Position numbers and translations under genes: made by a program. A DNA stretch of 64,000 nucleotides from the NCBI GenBank assembly GCA_001799735.1, contig MGUA01000006.1:13733-77732 (forward strand). The letters run 5' to 3'. Below are positions 1 through 8,768 of this stretch, one piece after another; position 1 is the stretch's first letter; each line of letters opens with the position of its first letter. The notes below the pieces were generated by a model that worked only from the letters and a program-made list of their open reading frames with translations, did no database searches and was not told the origin of the DNA. The stretch is from Elusimicrobia bacterium GWB2_63_22. GTDB taxonomy: Bacteria; Elusimicrobiota; Elusimicrobia; Elusimicrobiales; UBA9959.

Positions 1-1946
1 TGTATATCACCTCAGCCACGGCGTTCTCGCTTGCCAGCCTGGACGACCTGGTATCGCCCGGGGATGCCATCGGCCTGGGTGTAAAGTCTCAGTCTGTGCG
101 CCTTAACTCTTCCGGGGTGATGCTTAAGGAACTCTCCTTTGTAAACCCGGCGCCCCGGCAGGCAACGGCGTTTGCCTCCGCTTTCAGCCTTGGCGCCCTG
201 CTGGACCTGCCCGACGGGACGTACGACATTTCCTATGGCGCTGAAGATATACTGGCTAACGTCGAAACCTCGCTGGAGCGCCGCTACCTGCTGGATAACA
301 CCAGGCCCGTAACGCAGTACAGCGTAGCCGGCGTGTCTTATCTGGCCGATGGGAAGTTGTATGTAAATTCTTCGGCCTCCCTAGGCCTTGCCGGGGTGGA
401 CGTCAGTTCCGGCGGCGTGGCCAGCGGGCTTATGGCCACCAAGTTCCGGCTCGACGGCGGGGCGTGGAGCGTTTATGCCTCCACTTTCACCCTCGCCGCC
501 CCCGGCGCCCATACCCTGGAGTACCACAGCGTCGATAATGTGCAGAATACCGAAGTGCTGCGCCTGTTAAACATTGTGGTGGATAACACCGCTCCTATGG
601 CGTCGGCAACTATCGGCGAGCCGCAGTTCGACGTGTTCGGCCTGAGAATAATAACGCCGGACACCCCGGTTACCCTTGCCGCGGCCGATCCGGGAGCAAC
701 CGGTCTTACTTCGGGTGTTAAGGCTATATACTACGAACTGATATACGCCGCTGGCGGCTCGGCCGGCGTGCGCGGTTATACCGAGCCGTTTAAAATAGGC
801 GCTCAGGGGACTTACCTGTTGCGCTACTGGGCGCAGGATAATGCAGGTAATGTAAGCGCGCCCCTGGAACAGCGGCTGATGGTCAGCAGCCTGCAGAGCG
901 ACGCGCTGGACGCGGTTGCCGGGCTGGAGATGACCGGCAACGCGGACATAGCAGGAACGGTAAAATCCAATACCATTGTATCGCTGGGCGGCAGCGCCAG
1001 AATACTGGGCGACGTAAGCGCCAGCACAATAACGGTGACGGGCAACGCGCAGATAACCGGCCAGCGCATTACCGGCCCGGCCTCGCTTGTGGCGGCGCCG
1101 CTGTACATGCCCGCCATCATGGAGATCGCCTCCAATACCAACAGTAACAGCCTTATCCCGGCTAAATATCTGCCGGACGGCAAGCTGGTGGTCTCAGCCA
1201 AAGCCGAACTGACCTTGTCCACGGGCATCTACTACTTCAGCGGCATAGACCTTAAGGGCGGCGCCAGTGTGATTCTTAATGGAAAGGTGGATATATTGGT
1301 AGCCGGTGATGTGTCCATAGCCGGCGGGGCCTCGTTCAATGCTGCCGGGGCGGCCTCGCGGCTGAATATCTTCCTCAGTACGGCTTCCACGTTGAGCTTT
1401 AGCGGCGGCGGGAACCTTGCCGCTTACGTTTACGCGCCGTATTCAGACCTGAAGTTGACCGGCAACGCTCTCCTGGGCGGGCATTACTTTGTGCGCAGCG
1501 CGGCCATAAGCGGCAACGGCAATCTGATACAGGCCGGCGAAAGCCTGCCTGCCGCGGCCGCCTCTACGGGCGGCGGCAAGAAAGTAAGCGCCTTGGCCTC
1601 TGGCAGTTCCTATTCCGTCCTGGCCGGCCCCGACCCAGAGTTTAAGCTTGGCGAGGTCTACGTCTACCCGAACCCGGCCAAAGGCGGCGCCGCGCCCACG
1701 CTGCATCTGGAATGCGGCATAGCCGACAAGGTGAACATAAAAATGTTCACGGTCAGCGGCCGCGAGGCGCATGAATACACTATAACCGCTTCGCCCGTGG
1801 CGCTGGACGACGGTAACGGCCTAAGCTACGCCTATGAATACACCTGGCAGGGCCATATCCCCAGCGGCGTGTACTACTACTTCATAGAGGCCGAACGGGC
1901 CGGCAAGAAGATAAAGAAGACCGGCAAGTTCGCCGTGGTCAGGTAA
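1..1946 (+). CDS. Secreted multidomain surface protein, 5' truncated by the window edge. Two OmpL47/chitobiase-type Ig-like domains, a bactofilin-like beta-helix region and a C-terminal T9SS/FlgD-Ig-type sorting domain.
   Basis: The frame is open from nt 3 with no stop before the GTG at 96, so the gene likely starts upstream. Ig-like domain motifs: FRLDGGAWSVYASTFTL..HTLEYHSVDNVQNTE and a second similar copy. Repetitive G-x-A/V-x-I-x-G segment. The C-terminus (VYVYPNPAKGG...SGVYYYFIEAE..GKFAVVR) matches the T9SS CTD pattern. Confidence 0.75.
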   Translation, partial: YITSATAFSLASLDDLVSPGDAIGLGVKSQSVRLNSSGVMLKELSFVNPAPRQATAFASAFSLGALLDLPDGTYDISYGAEDILANVETSLERRYLLDNTRPVTQYSVAGVSYLADGKLYVNSSASLGLAGVDVSSGGVASGLMATKFRLDGGAWSVYASTFTLAAPGAHTLEYHSVDNVQNTEVLRLLNIVVDNTAPMASATIGEPQFDVFGLRIITPDTPVTLAAADPGATGLTSGVKAIYYELIYAAGGSAGVRGYTEPFKIGAQGTYLLRYWAQDNAGNVSAPLEQRLMVSSLQSDALDAVAGLEMTGNADIAGTVKSNTIVSLGGSARILGDVSASTITVTGNAQITGQRITGPASLVAAPLYMPAIMEIASNTNSNSLIPAKYLPDGKLVVSAKAELTLSTGIYYFSGIDLKGGASVILNGKVDILVAGDVSIAGGASFNAAGAASRLNIFLSTASTLSFSGGGNLAAYVYAPYSDLKLTGNALLGGHYFVRSAAISGNGNLIQAGESLPAAAASTGGGKKVSALASGSSYSVLAGPDPEFKLGEVYVYPNPAKGGAAPTLHLECGIADKVNIKMFTVSGREAHEYTITASPVALDDGNGLSYAYEYTWQGHIPSGVYYYFIEAERAGKKIKKTGKFAVVR

Positions 1947-1955
1947 GGGGGAAAT

Positions 1956-2927
1956 ATGAAAAACAAAAACACCCCTGATATGCTCAATCGGATGGTCTAC
2001 CTGCTTTCAAGGCCGTGGGCCTTTGGCGCGGCGCTGTTGTTCGTGCTTATTCCTTCAACAAAGATCAGCTCGGCGCTTGAAAGCGGCGCCGAGTTCCTGC
2101 GCATAGACACCGATGCGCGGGCCGGGGCCATGGCTTCGGCCGGCGCGGCCTCGGCTTCCGGCATAAGCGCAATGGCTTACAACCCGGCCGGCATAGCCAG
2201 CATGGGCCGGGGCGAGGGCACCATAAGCCACAGTGCCTGGTACCTGGGCTCGGCGCACGACTTTGTAGGCGCCGGGGTCACCCTGCCGGGGGCCGGCGGC
2301 TGGCGGGCGGGGCTTAGCTTTAACCGGCTTTCCAGCGGCTCCATGGAAGGACGCGGCGCAAACCGCACGCGCACCGGCGGCTATACCGCCTATGACCAGG
2401 CTGTGGGTTTGGGACTGGCCAGGCGCTACGGGGCTTACAGCGTGGGCGGCACGGTTAAATATATTGAAAGCTCCATAGCCGGTGTTAAAGGCAGCGGCTA
2501 TGCCGTGGACCTGGGCATGAAACGCGCCATAAGGGGAGTTCCGGCAAGCGTGGGCCTATCGGTGCAGAACCTGGGTCCTGGGATAAAGTATATCTCGCAG
2601 CGGGACAAATTGCCTTTAAGCGTCAGCGCCGGTATAATGTTCATGCCGGTAGCGGGCTTCATGCTTAACCTGGATGCCAAGCGCTATGTGTATGACAAGT
2701 ACACGGCCTACAGCCTGGGCACGGAGTATGCCCTGTTCGGCAGCCCGGAGAGTATGTCCGGGCTGGCGCTGCGCGGCGGGCTGATGGGCGGCCACGGAGA
2801 AAGTGCGGCCGGGGCGTTTACCGCCGGGGCTGGGATAAAATTGCTTAACGCGGACCTGGATTACGCCATGTCGCCGGAGGGCAAGCTGGGCAGCGTGCAG
2901 CGGATAACATTAAAAAAGAAATTCTGA
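1956..2927 (+). CDS. PorV/PorQ-family-like outer-membrane beta-barrel protein
   Basis: SD-like GGGGGA sits 4 nt upstream of the ATG, 10 nt after the upstream stop. There is an N-terminal hydrophobic signal region. Conserved N-terminal motif: EFLRIDTDARAGAMASAGAA..ISAMAYNPAGIA. Alternating beta-strand pattern, with a terminal aromatic residue (..LKKKF). Confidence 0.65.
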   Translation: MKNKNTPDMLNRMVYLLSRPWAFGAALLFVLIPSTKISSALESGAEFLRIDTDARAGAMASAGAASASGISAMAYNPAGIASMGRGEGTISHSAWYLGSAHDFVGAGVTLPGAGGWRAGLSFNRLSSGSMEGRGANRTRTGGYTAYDQAVGLGLARRYGAYSVGGTVKYIESSIAGVKGSGYAVDLGMKRAIRGVPASVGLSVQNLGPGIKYISQRDKLPLSVSAGIMFMPVAGFMLNLDAKRYVYDKYTAYSLGTEYALFGSPESMSGLALRGGLMGGHGESAAGAFTAGAGIKLLNADLDYAMSPEGKLGSVQRITLKKKF

Positions 2928-2946
2928 ACTTCGAAGGAGCTACACC

Positions 2947-3630
2947 ATGGGACAATTTATAACGGCTTTCGGGGCGGGGCTGATGTCATTCTTCTCGCCG
3001 TGCATCCTGCCGCTGCTGCCGGCCTACCTGTCCATGCTGTCTGGCTTCTCGGCCTCCGAGATAATGAAAGGGGACGCCAAGGTGGTGACCCGCAAGGTGG
3101 TGGGCAATGCCGCCATCTTTATAGCCGGCTTCTCGCTGGCCTTCGCGCTGATGGGCGCCGCGGCCTCCGGTATCGGGGAACTGCTGGCGGAACATAAAGA
3201 CGTGCTGATGAAGGTTTTCGGGGTGACGATGGTGCTGCTGGGCGCGCACATGACCGGGCTTTTCAACCTGAACCTCCTCAACTACGAGAAACGTTTCTCC
3301 ACGCGCGGCCTGGCGCAGGGCCCGCTGGGCTCCTTCCTGATGGGCTTCGCCTTCGCGCTGGGTTGGTCGCCCTGCATAGGCCCGATCCTGGCGGTGATCC
3401 TGGGCATGGCGGCGGTGGCCGGCACGGCCTCAAAGGGCGTCGCGCTGCTGCTGGCCTACTCCGCCGGCATGGCGGTACCGCTGCTGGCGGCCGCCTTCCT
3501 GACGGCGCGCTTCTTCGCTTTCATGGCGCGCTTTAAAGGCGCCATGCGCTACGTGGAAATAGCCGCCGGCGTCATCCTGGCGGCGGCGGGCGTGCTGCTC
3601 TTCTTTGATAAGCTGATGTTTATAGCCTGA
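2947..3630 (+). CDS. ccdA: Cytochrome c biogenesis / thiol-disulfide transporter CcdA (DsbD transmembrane family)
   Basis: Polytopic membrane protein. N-terminal FFSPCILPLLPAYL Cys motif and a second conserved SPCIGP motif. Confidence 0.85.
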   Translation: MGQFITAFGAGLMSFFSPCILPLLPAYLSMLSGFSASEIMKGDAKVVTRKVVGNAAIFIAGFSLAFALMGAAASGIGELLAEHKDVLMKVFGVTMVLLGAHMTGLFNLNLLNYEKRFSTRGLAQGPLGSFLMGFAFALGWSPCIGPILAVILGMAAVAGTASKGVALLLAYSAGMAVPLLAAAFLTARFFAFMARFKGAMRYVEIAAGVILAAAGVLLFFDKLMFIA

Positions 3631-3637
3631 CGGACCG

Positions 3638-4462
3638 TCAGTCCGCGTCCCCGGCCGGCTCTACCCCGGACGGGGTAAAGCGGAAACGGTGCTTCTTTAC
3701 CGTGGTGTCCCGGTAATAATCCACTTTCTCGTCGTACACCATCTTCCCTTCCCAAAGCTCGAATTCCTCCCCGTCGGCGCTGAAGCGCCGCGGGGTCAGG
3801 TTATTGGCCGTCTTAATAACCGTATGCCAGGCCTCGGAACCGTCGTTCTCAAAGACCGCCGCCCTGAAGGCCTTGGGCCCGGCCAGGAAGACCGCGGCCA
3901 GCCGCGCCCCGTCTCCGGAAAGCTTTACGCCGGCCACCTTCTCCTTGAACTTTTTGCTCCAGCGCAGGCTCCCGGTGGCCGCGTCGAAGACGTAGATGGC
4001 CCCGCCCTTGCCCGGGTCGGCGCCGAGGGCGTAGACTGAAGAATCGGAGGAAAAATCCTCGCCTGCGGGGCCGATCATGCGGATATCGTGCCGCGCCAGC
4101 ACCTTGCCGGCGGCGGAATAGACGTTCATGTCGGTTATAGTCACCTGCTGGCTCCAGAAGCCGTTGAGCGCGAAGAGGCGCCGGCCGTCGCCGGAGATGG
4201 TGACGGAGAAGGGAGCGCGCCGCGACTCGAACAATGAAAGGCGCTTACCGGCCTTATCCATAAGTTCGAACCTGGCGGAGCCGCCGCCGCCGGTGCCGGC
4301 GTAATCTACTTTAAGGCGGTAAGCCTTGTTGGCGGAGACGAACTCCCGGCTTTCCACGCTAAACTTATCCGCCCTGGCCTCGCCCTGCGCGCCGCCTTCC
4401 TCCGCGCGGAGACTTACGGCGGACAACAGCGCTAAAACAGGTACCAGGAGCAGCTTTTTCAT
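3638..4462 (-). CDS. Secreted hypothetical protein (possible beta-propeller-like repeats)
   Basis: The track ORF 3638..4744 overlaps pyrE. The internal ATG at 4462 gives the signal peptide MKKLLLVPVLALLSAVSLRA and overlaps the pyrE stop (TAATG). No family recognised. Confidence 0.6.
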   Translation of the reverse strand: MKKLLLVPVLALLSAVSLRAEEGGAQGEARADKFSVESREFVSANKAYRLKVDYAGTGGGGSARFELMDKAGKRLSLFESRRAPFSVTISGDGRRLFALNGFWSQQVTITDMNVYSAAGKVLARHDIRMIGPAGEDFSSDSSVYALGADPGKGGAIYVFDAATGSLRWSKKFKEKVAGVKLSGDGARLAAVFLAGPKAFRAAVFENDGSEAWHTVIKTANNLTPRRFSADGEEFELWEGKMVYDEKVDYYRDTTVKKHRFRFTPSGVEPAGDAD

Positions 4463-5031
4463 TAAAATTTGCGCGATCCGGGCTTCACGGCGGGGATGCC
4501 CGCGCGGCAGAGCGGGCAGTCCGCCTCGGGCAAGGCTGTCAGTCCCAGTTTCAGCAGGCTCAACGACGGGAAAGGGAGGGTCTTGGCCCCCATGCGGTTT
4601 ATCACCGACATGGCGCCAATAACTTCGGCACCCGCGGCGGCTACAAGGGCCGCCGTCTCCAGCGTGGATTTGCCGGTGGTAAAAACGTCCTCCACTATTA
4701 TCACGCGCGCCCCCTTGGCCAGCGCAAAGCCGCGCCTCAGGCACATCACGTTATTCTCGCGCTCGCTGAAGATAAAATCCACGCCGAAGGCGCGGGCGGC
4801 TTCGTGGCCGATGATCAGGCCGCCCATCGCCGGGGAAAGGATCACGTCGGGCTTCGGCCCGGTCCAACCGGCGGCCAGCGCAGCGCCCATCCTGCCGGCC
4901 CAGGCCGGGTTCTTAAGGGCCTGCGCGCACTGCACGTAATTAGGGCTATGCAGGCCGGAGGAGAGCAGGAAATGCCCCTCGAGGAAAGCGCCCGAAGCGG
5001 CCAGGTAAGACTTGAGTTCTTCTTCGTTCAT
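4462..5031 (-). CDS. pyrE: Orotate phosphoribosyltransferase
   Basis: PRTase signature VIIVEDVFTTGKS. N-terminal GHFLLSSGLHSPNYVQC is typical of PyrE. Confidence 0.92.
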   Translation of the reverse strand: MNEEELKSYLAASGAFLEGHFLLSSGLHSPNYVQCAQALKNPAWAGRMGAALAAGWTGPKPDVILSPAMGGLIIGHEAARAFGVDFIFSERENNVMCLRRGFALAKGARVIIVEDVFTTGKSTLETAALVAAAGAEVIGAMSVINRMGAKTLPFPSLSLLKLGLTALPEADCPLCRAGIPAVKPGSRKF

Positions 5032-5705
5032 TTCAGGTCCTCCAGGATGGCCGCGGCGGCGGCGGCCGGGTCCTTGGCCTCTATGATCGGCCTGCCCACC
5101 ACTATAAAATTGGCGCCGGCGGCCCTGGCCTCGGCGGGGGTAACGGCGCGCTTCTGGTCGTCGCCGCGCGCGGCGGGCCTTATGCCGGGCGTGATCAGCG
5201 TTATCTTGCCGTCGTGCTGCTGCCGCAGCCGGCCGGCCTCCAGCGGCGAGCAGACCACGCCGTCGGCGCCGTTCTGCAGGCCCAGGGCGGCCAGCAGCTT
5301 AACGGTCTTGTCTATGCCGCCGCGGTAGCCCGACCTGAAAAGACCGTACTCGTCAAAGCTGGTCAGCACCGTTATGCCCCACAGTTTTGGCCGCTTTTCA
5401 AGCTCGGCGCAGGCCTTAAACATCTCGGCGCCGCCAGAGAGGTGCAGGGAGACGGAATACACGCCCATGGCCGCGGCGTGCCGCACAGCGCCCTTTACGG
5501 TGTTGGGGATATCGTGGTATTTAAGGTCCAGGAAAACTTTGCCGCCGTGCCGGTGCACCAGGTCCACCGCGGCTGGACCGGCGGCCGTGAACAGCACGGA
5601 GCCGATCTTGAAATACTTAACGCTGCCCTTAAGTTTTTCTATAAGGGCTTCGGCGGACTTCAGGGTGTCCGTGTCGAGCGCTGCGATGAGTTCGGTTTTT
5701 TGCAT
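5028..5705 (-). CDS. pyrF: Orotidine 5'-phosphate decarboxylase
   Basis: Motifs FLDLKYHDIPNTV and IVVGRPI. 4-nt overlap with the pyrE start. Confidence 0.92.
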   Translation of the reverse strand: MQKTELIAALDTDTLKSAEALIEKLKGSVKYFKIGSVLFTAAGPAAVDLVHRHGGKVFLDLKYHDIPNTVKGAVRHAAAMGVYSVSLHLSGGAEMFKACAELEKRPKLWGITVLTSFDEYGLFRSGYRGGIDKTVKLLAALGLQNGADGVVCSPLEAGRLRQQHDGKITLITPGIRPAARGDDQKRAVTPAEARAAGANFIVVGRPIIEAKDPAAAAAAILEDLK

Positions 5706-5762
5706 AGGCGGCGCGGGAGAGCGCCGCCTAAATTATATCTGTTTTAGCGGTGGGGGGAAAAA

Positions 5763-6806
5763 CTATCGGTGGCCGGGATGCCAGCGGTGTTTGTGGAGGT
5801 ATTCGAGGATCTCTTTAACCAGGAAGGGGCCCTCGTAGACCAGGCCGGAATAGACCTGCACCAGGTCCGCGCCGAGTTTGAGTTTCTCCAGCGCGGAGGC
5901 GCCGTCGGAAACCCCGCCCGACCCGATCAGCGGCACGCGGCCTTTCACCAGGGCCGCGGTTTTACCCAGGATTTCGTTGGACAGCGCCCTCAGCGGGCCG
6001 CCGCTCAGGCCGCCCTCGTGGGCGCGCCAGCGCTCGTGCACGGCTTCGCGCCGCACGGTGGTGTTGGTGGCTATCAGCCCGAAGCCCATCTCCACCGCCA
6101 GGGCGGCCGCGCCCTCCAGCTCCTTATCGTCGAGGTCCGGGGCGATCTTGATAAAGAACGGCTTCTTCTGCTTCTGGCCGGAGGCGAAATCCAGCATGGG
6201 CTCCACCAGCCGCCGCAGCTTGTCGCCGCCGTGCAGCGAGCGCAGCTGCAGGGTATTGGGCGAGCTTATATTGACCGCGAAATAATCGCCGAAAGGGTAC
6301 ATCACCTTCAGGGTTTCCAGGTAGTTCTTCGGCGCGTCCTCGAGCGAGCAGTCGGCGTTCTTGCCGACGCTGATGCCCACCGGCACCGGCAGGGGTAAAA
6401 GTTTCTCCAGGCTGCGCGCGGCCTCCCAGGCCCCGGCGTTATTGAACCCCATGCGGTTGATGATGGCCTTGTTCTCCCGCACGCGGAACAGGCGCGGCTT
6501 GGGATTGCCGGGCTGCGGCCGCAGGGTAACCGTGCCGAGCTCGAGGAAACCGAAGCCGAGGCCGGCCAGGAAGCGCGCGGCCTCGCAGTTCTTGTCGAAG
6601 CCGGCCGCCAGGCCCACCGGGTTGCGGAATTTTATGCCGGCCACGGTGACGGGGATGTCCTTGGCGCGCGTCAGGAACTTCACCACGGCGGTGACCGGTC
6701 CTATATGCTGGGCCGTGCGGGCGGTCTTTATGACCGCGTCATGGATCATTTCAGGGTTGAAATTAAAGAGGAGCTGCCTGATAAGCCTGCGGTATAAGAA
6801 TCCCAT
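5763..6806 (-). CDS. pyrD: Dihydroorotate dehydrogenase (quinone), class 2
   Basis: Class-2 N-terminal extension. Motifs GLAAGFDKN, FLELGTVT, NISSPNT and GGLSG. Confidence 0.9.
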   Translation of the reverse strand: MGFLYRRLIRQLLFNFNPEMIHDAVIKTARTAQHIGPVTAVVKFLTRAKDIPVTVAGIKFRNPVGLAAGFDKNCEAARFLAGLGFGFLELGTVTLRPQPGNPKPRLFRVRENKAIINRMGFNNAGAWEAARSLEKLLPLPVPVGISVGKNADCSLEDAPKNYLETLKVMYPFGDYFAVNISSPNTLQLRSLHGGDKLRRLVEPMLDFASGQKQKKPFFIKIAPDLDDKELEGAAALAVEMGFGLIATNTTVRREAVHERWRAHEGGLSGGPLRALSNEILGKTAALVKGRVPLIGSGGVSDGASALEKLKLGADLVQVYSGLVYEGPFLVKEILEYLHKHRWHPGHR

Positions 6807-6842
6807 AGTTGTTAGACAATTCTACCAAATGCCCGGCGCGGT

Positions 6843-8114
6843 TCAGCGGGAAGAGTGCGTTATTTTACCGGCGGCTACCGTGGCGGCGGGCCAGCCGCGC
6901 AGCAGCCTGCCTTTGAAAGGGGAGTTGGAGGACTTGGAGAGGAAACTTTCCGGCACGCGCCGCGCCGTGCGCGGGTCTATCAGCGTCAGGTCAGCCGCGC
7001 AACCCGGGCGCAGGGACCCCTTGTTCTTAAGCCCGAGCAGCCTGGCCGGGTTCGCGCTCAGCAGCTGTGCCAGGCGCCGCCGGGAAACCACCCCCTTAAG
7101 CACCAGCTCGGTAATGCACAGCGGGGCCAGGGTCTCCAGGCCGATGATCCCGAACGGTGACTTCAGGAAACCGCCGGCTTTAAGGGCCGGAGAGTGCGGG
7201 GCGTGGTCGGTGGCTATAACGTCTATGGTGCCGTCGGCCAGGCCGGCCAGCACAGCCGCCCTGTCCGCGGAGGAACGCAGCGGGGGCTTCATCTTGAAAT
7301 CGGCGTCGTTCCGTTTAATATCCGACTCGCAAAGCGTGAAATAGTGCGGGCAGGTCTCGCCGGTAACCGGCCAGCCGGCCTGTTTGGCCAGGCGCAGGGC
7401 GGCCACGGAGGCGGCCAGGCTTAAATGCTGCAGGTGGATGGGGCCGGCGCCGGCCGAGGCCAGTATATCGCGCAGCACGGCCAGCGCTTCGGCCTCGGGC
7501 GGAATGCCCGGCAGGCGAAGGCGGCGCGCGGCAGGCCCGGCGTTAATAACGCCGCTCCCGGTGCGGCTGAAATCTTCGGGGTGGTCCATCAGCGGCAGGC
7601 CCAGCGACGCCGCCCGGCGTATCAGCTCCGGCAGCAGGGCGCCGGGCAGGCAGCCGCCGTCGTCGGTGAAAGCCCTGGCCCCGGCCTTCTTCAGCGCTCC
7701 CAGGCCGGCGGCGGCGGTGCCGGCACGCCCGGCGGTAGCCGCGGCGGAAAAATAAACATTAATTGGCAGGCCGGCGGCCGCGGCGGCGTACCTGCGCAGC
7801 AGGGCCGGCGTGGCCATGGGCGGCGCGGTGTTGGGCATCAGCAGCATGGAGGTGACGCCCCCGGCCGCAGCGGCCGCGGCGGCGCTGGCTATGGTTTCGG
7901 AAGTCTCGCCGCCCGGCTCGCGGGCGTGCACGTGGATGTCTATAAAACCGGGGAAGACCCACAGGCCGGCGGCGTCGTACACAACGCAGCCGGCAGGGGC
8001 TTTTATGGAGGCCGCGGCGCGCGCTATCCTGCCCCCGCTCAGCAGCAGGTCAAGCCTGGCCTCCCCGGAGTCGGGGTCTACCAGCAGGCCGTTCTTTATC
8101 AGCAGTTGCGCCAT
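6843..8114 (-). CDS. pyrC: Dihydroorotase (amidohydrolase superfamily)
   Basis: Metal-binding motifs FIDIHVHAREPG and ATDHAPH. Positioned at the head of the pyr operon. Confidence 0.88.
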   Translation of the reverse strand: MAQLLIKNGLLVDPDSGEARLDLLLSGGRIARAAASIKAPAGCVVYDAAGLWVFPGFIDIHVHAREPGGETSETIASAAAAAAAGGVTSMLLMPNTAPPMATPALLRRYAAAAAGLPINVYFSAAATAGRAGTAAAGLGALKKAGARAFTDDGGCLPGALLPELIRRAASLGLPLMDHPEDFSRTGSGVINAGPAARRLRLPGIPPEAEALAVLRDILASAGAGPIHLQHLSLAASVAALRLAKQAGWPVTGETCPHYFTLCESDIKRNDADFKMKPPLRSSADRAAVLAGLADGTIDVIATDHAPHSPALKAGGFLKSPFGIIGLETLAPLCITELVLKGVVSRRRLAQLLSANPARLLGLKNKGSLRPGCAADLTLIDPRTARRVPESFLSKSSNSPFKGRLLRGWPAATVAAGKITHSSR

Positions 8115-8120
8115 TTAAAA

Positions 8121-8768
8121 CTATTTGGTTATGGGCCCGGGCAGGTCGGGCGCGGTCTGGAAGGTCACCATGCGCAGGCCGAAGGCGGCCGGGGTTTCCC
8201 GGTAGGACATCAGTTGCACCGCCGTCACCAGCAGCAGCACGCCCCAGGCCGCGTGCAGCAGGCGGCGGCCGGAAAAAACATGCGCCGCCTTGACGGCCAC
8301 GGCGAGCAGCAGCGTCGCCCCCATGGCGGAATGCCAGGCGAAGACCTGGTGCCAGGCCTCCTCGTTCACGCGCCAGGCCAGAAGGAAATAAAGCACGCCG
8401 GCGCCGGCCAGGAAGAAGAGGAACGCGGCCTGCCAGCCGCCGCCGGCCTTCTTTATGACGGCCTGCGTGAGCCGGCTCATGCCAGCCGCCCCGAAAAGGC
8501 AGGCGAAAGCTATGAAAAGGTAAAAGCCGCGGCGGATGTCCAGCGCCGCGCGCAGCTGGTCCATGTTCCAGTTACCCGCAACGCCCAGCATGATCAGCGG
8601 GATCGCCAGCGCGGCCGCCAGCAGCGCCAGCGGGCCGGCCAGCACGGCCCGGCTGCCGGGATTGTCGTGGGAGTAAGCCTCGGCCGCCCCCAGCACAAAG
8701 AGCGCGGCGCCCTGGGCCAGGTGTATGGCCGTGGAGGCCCTGGAGAAGCTGTCGTAATCTATGGTCAT
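8121..8768 (-). CDS. Polytopic inner-membrane protein, unknown function
   Basis: Roughly six hydrophobic segments. 4-nt overlap with the upstream gene. No family recognised. Confidence 0.55.
   Translation of the reverse strand: MTIDYDSFSRASTAIHLAQGAALFVLGAAEAYSHDNPGSRAVLAGPLALLAAALAIPLIMLGVAGNWNMDQLRAALDIRRGFYLFIAFACLFGAAGMSRLTQAVIKKAGGGWQAAFLFFLAGAGVLYFLLAWRVNEEAWHQVFAWHSAMGATLLLAVAVKAAHVFSGRRLLHAAWGVLLLVTAVQLMSYRETPAAFGLRMVTFQTAPDLPGPITK

Noticed and set aside
3627-3641. 7-bp palindrome CTGACGG-A-CCGTCAG containing both convergent stop codons (ccdA TGA and the minus-strand gene's TGA)
   Set aside because: The stem is too short and has no flanking T-runs, so it cannot be called a terminator. 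It is likely incidental, or at most a weak bidirectional hairpin.
4463-4744. N-terminal 94-aa extension of track ORF 3638..4744
   Set aside because: The extension would overlap pyrE by 280 nt. The internal ATG at 4462 yields a clean signal peptide and a TAATG junction with the pyrE stop.
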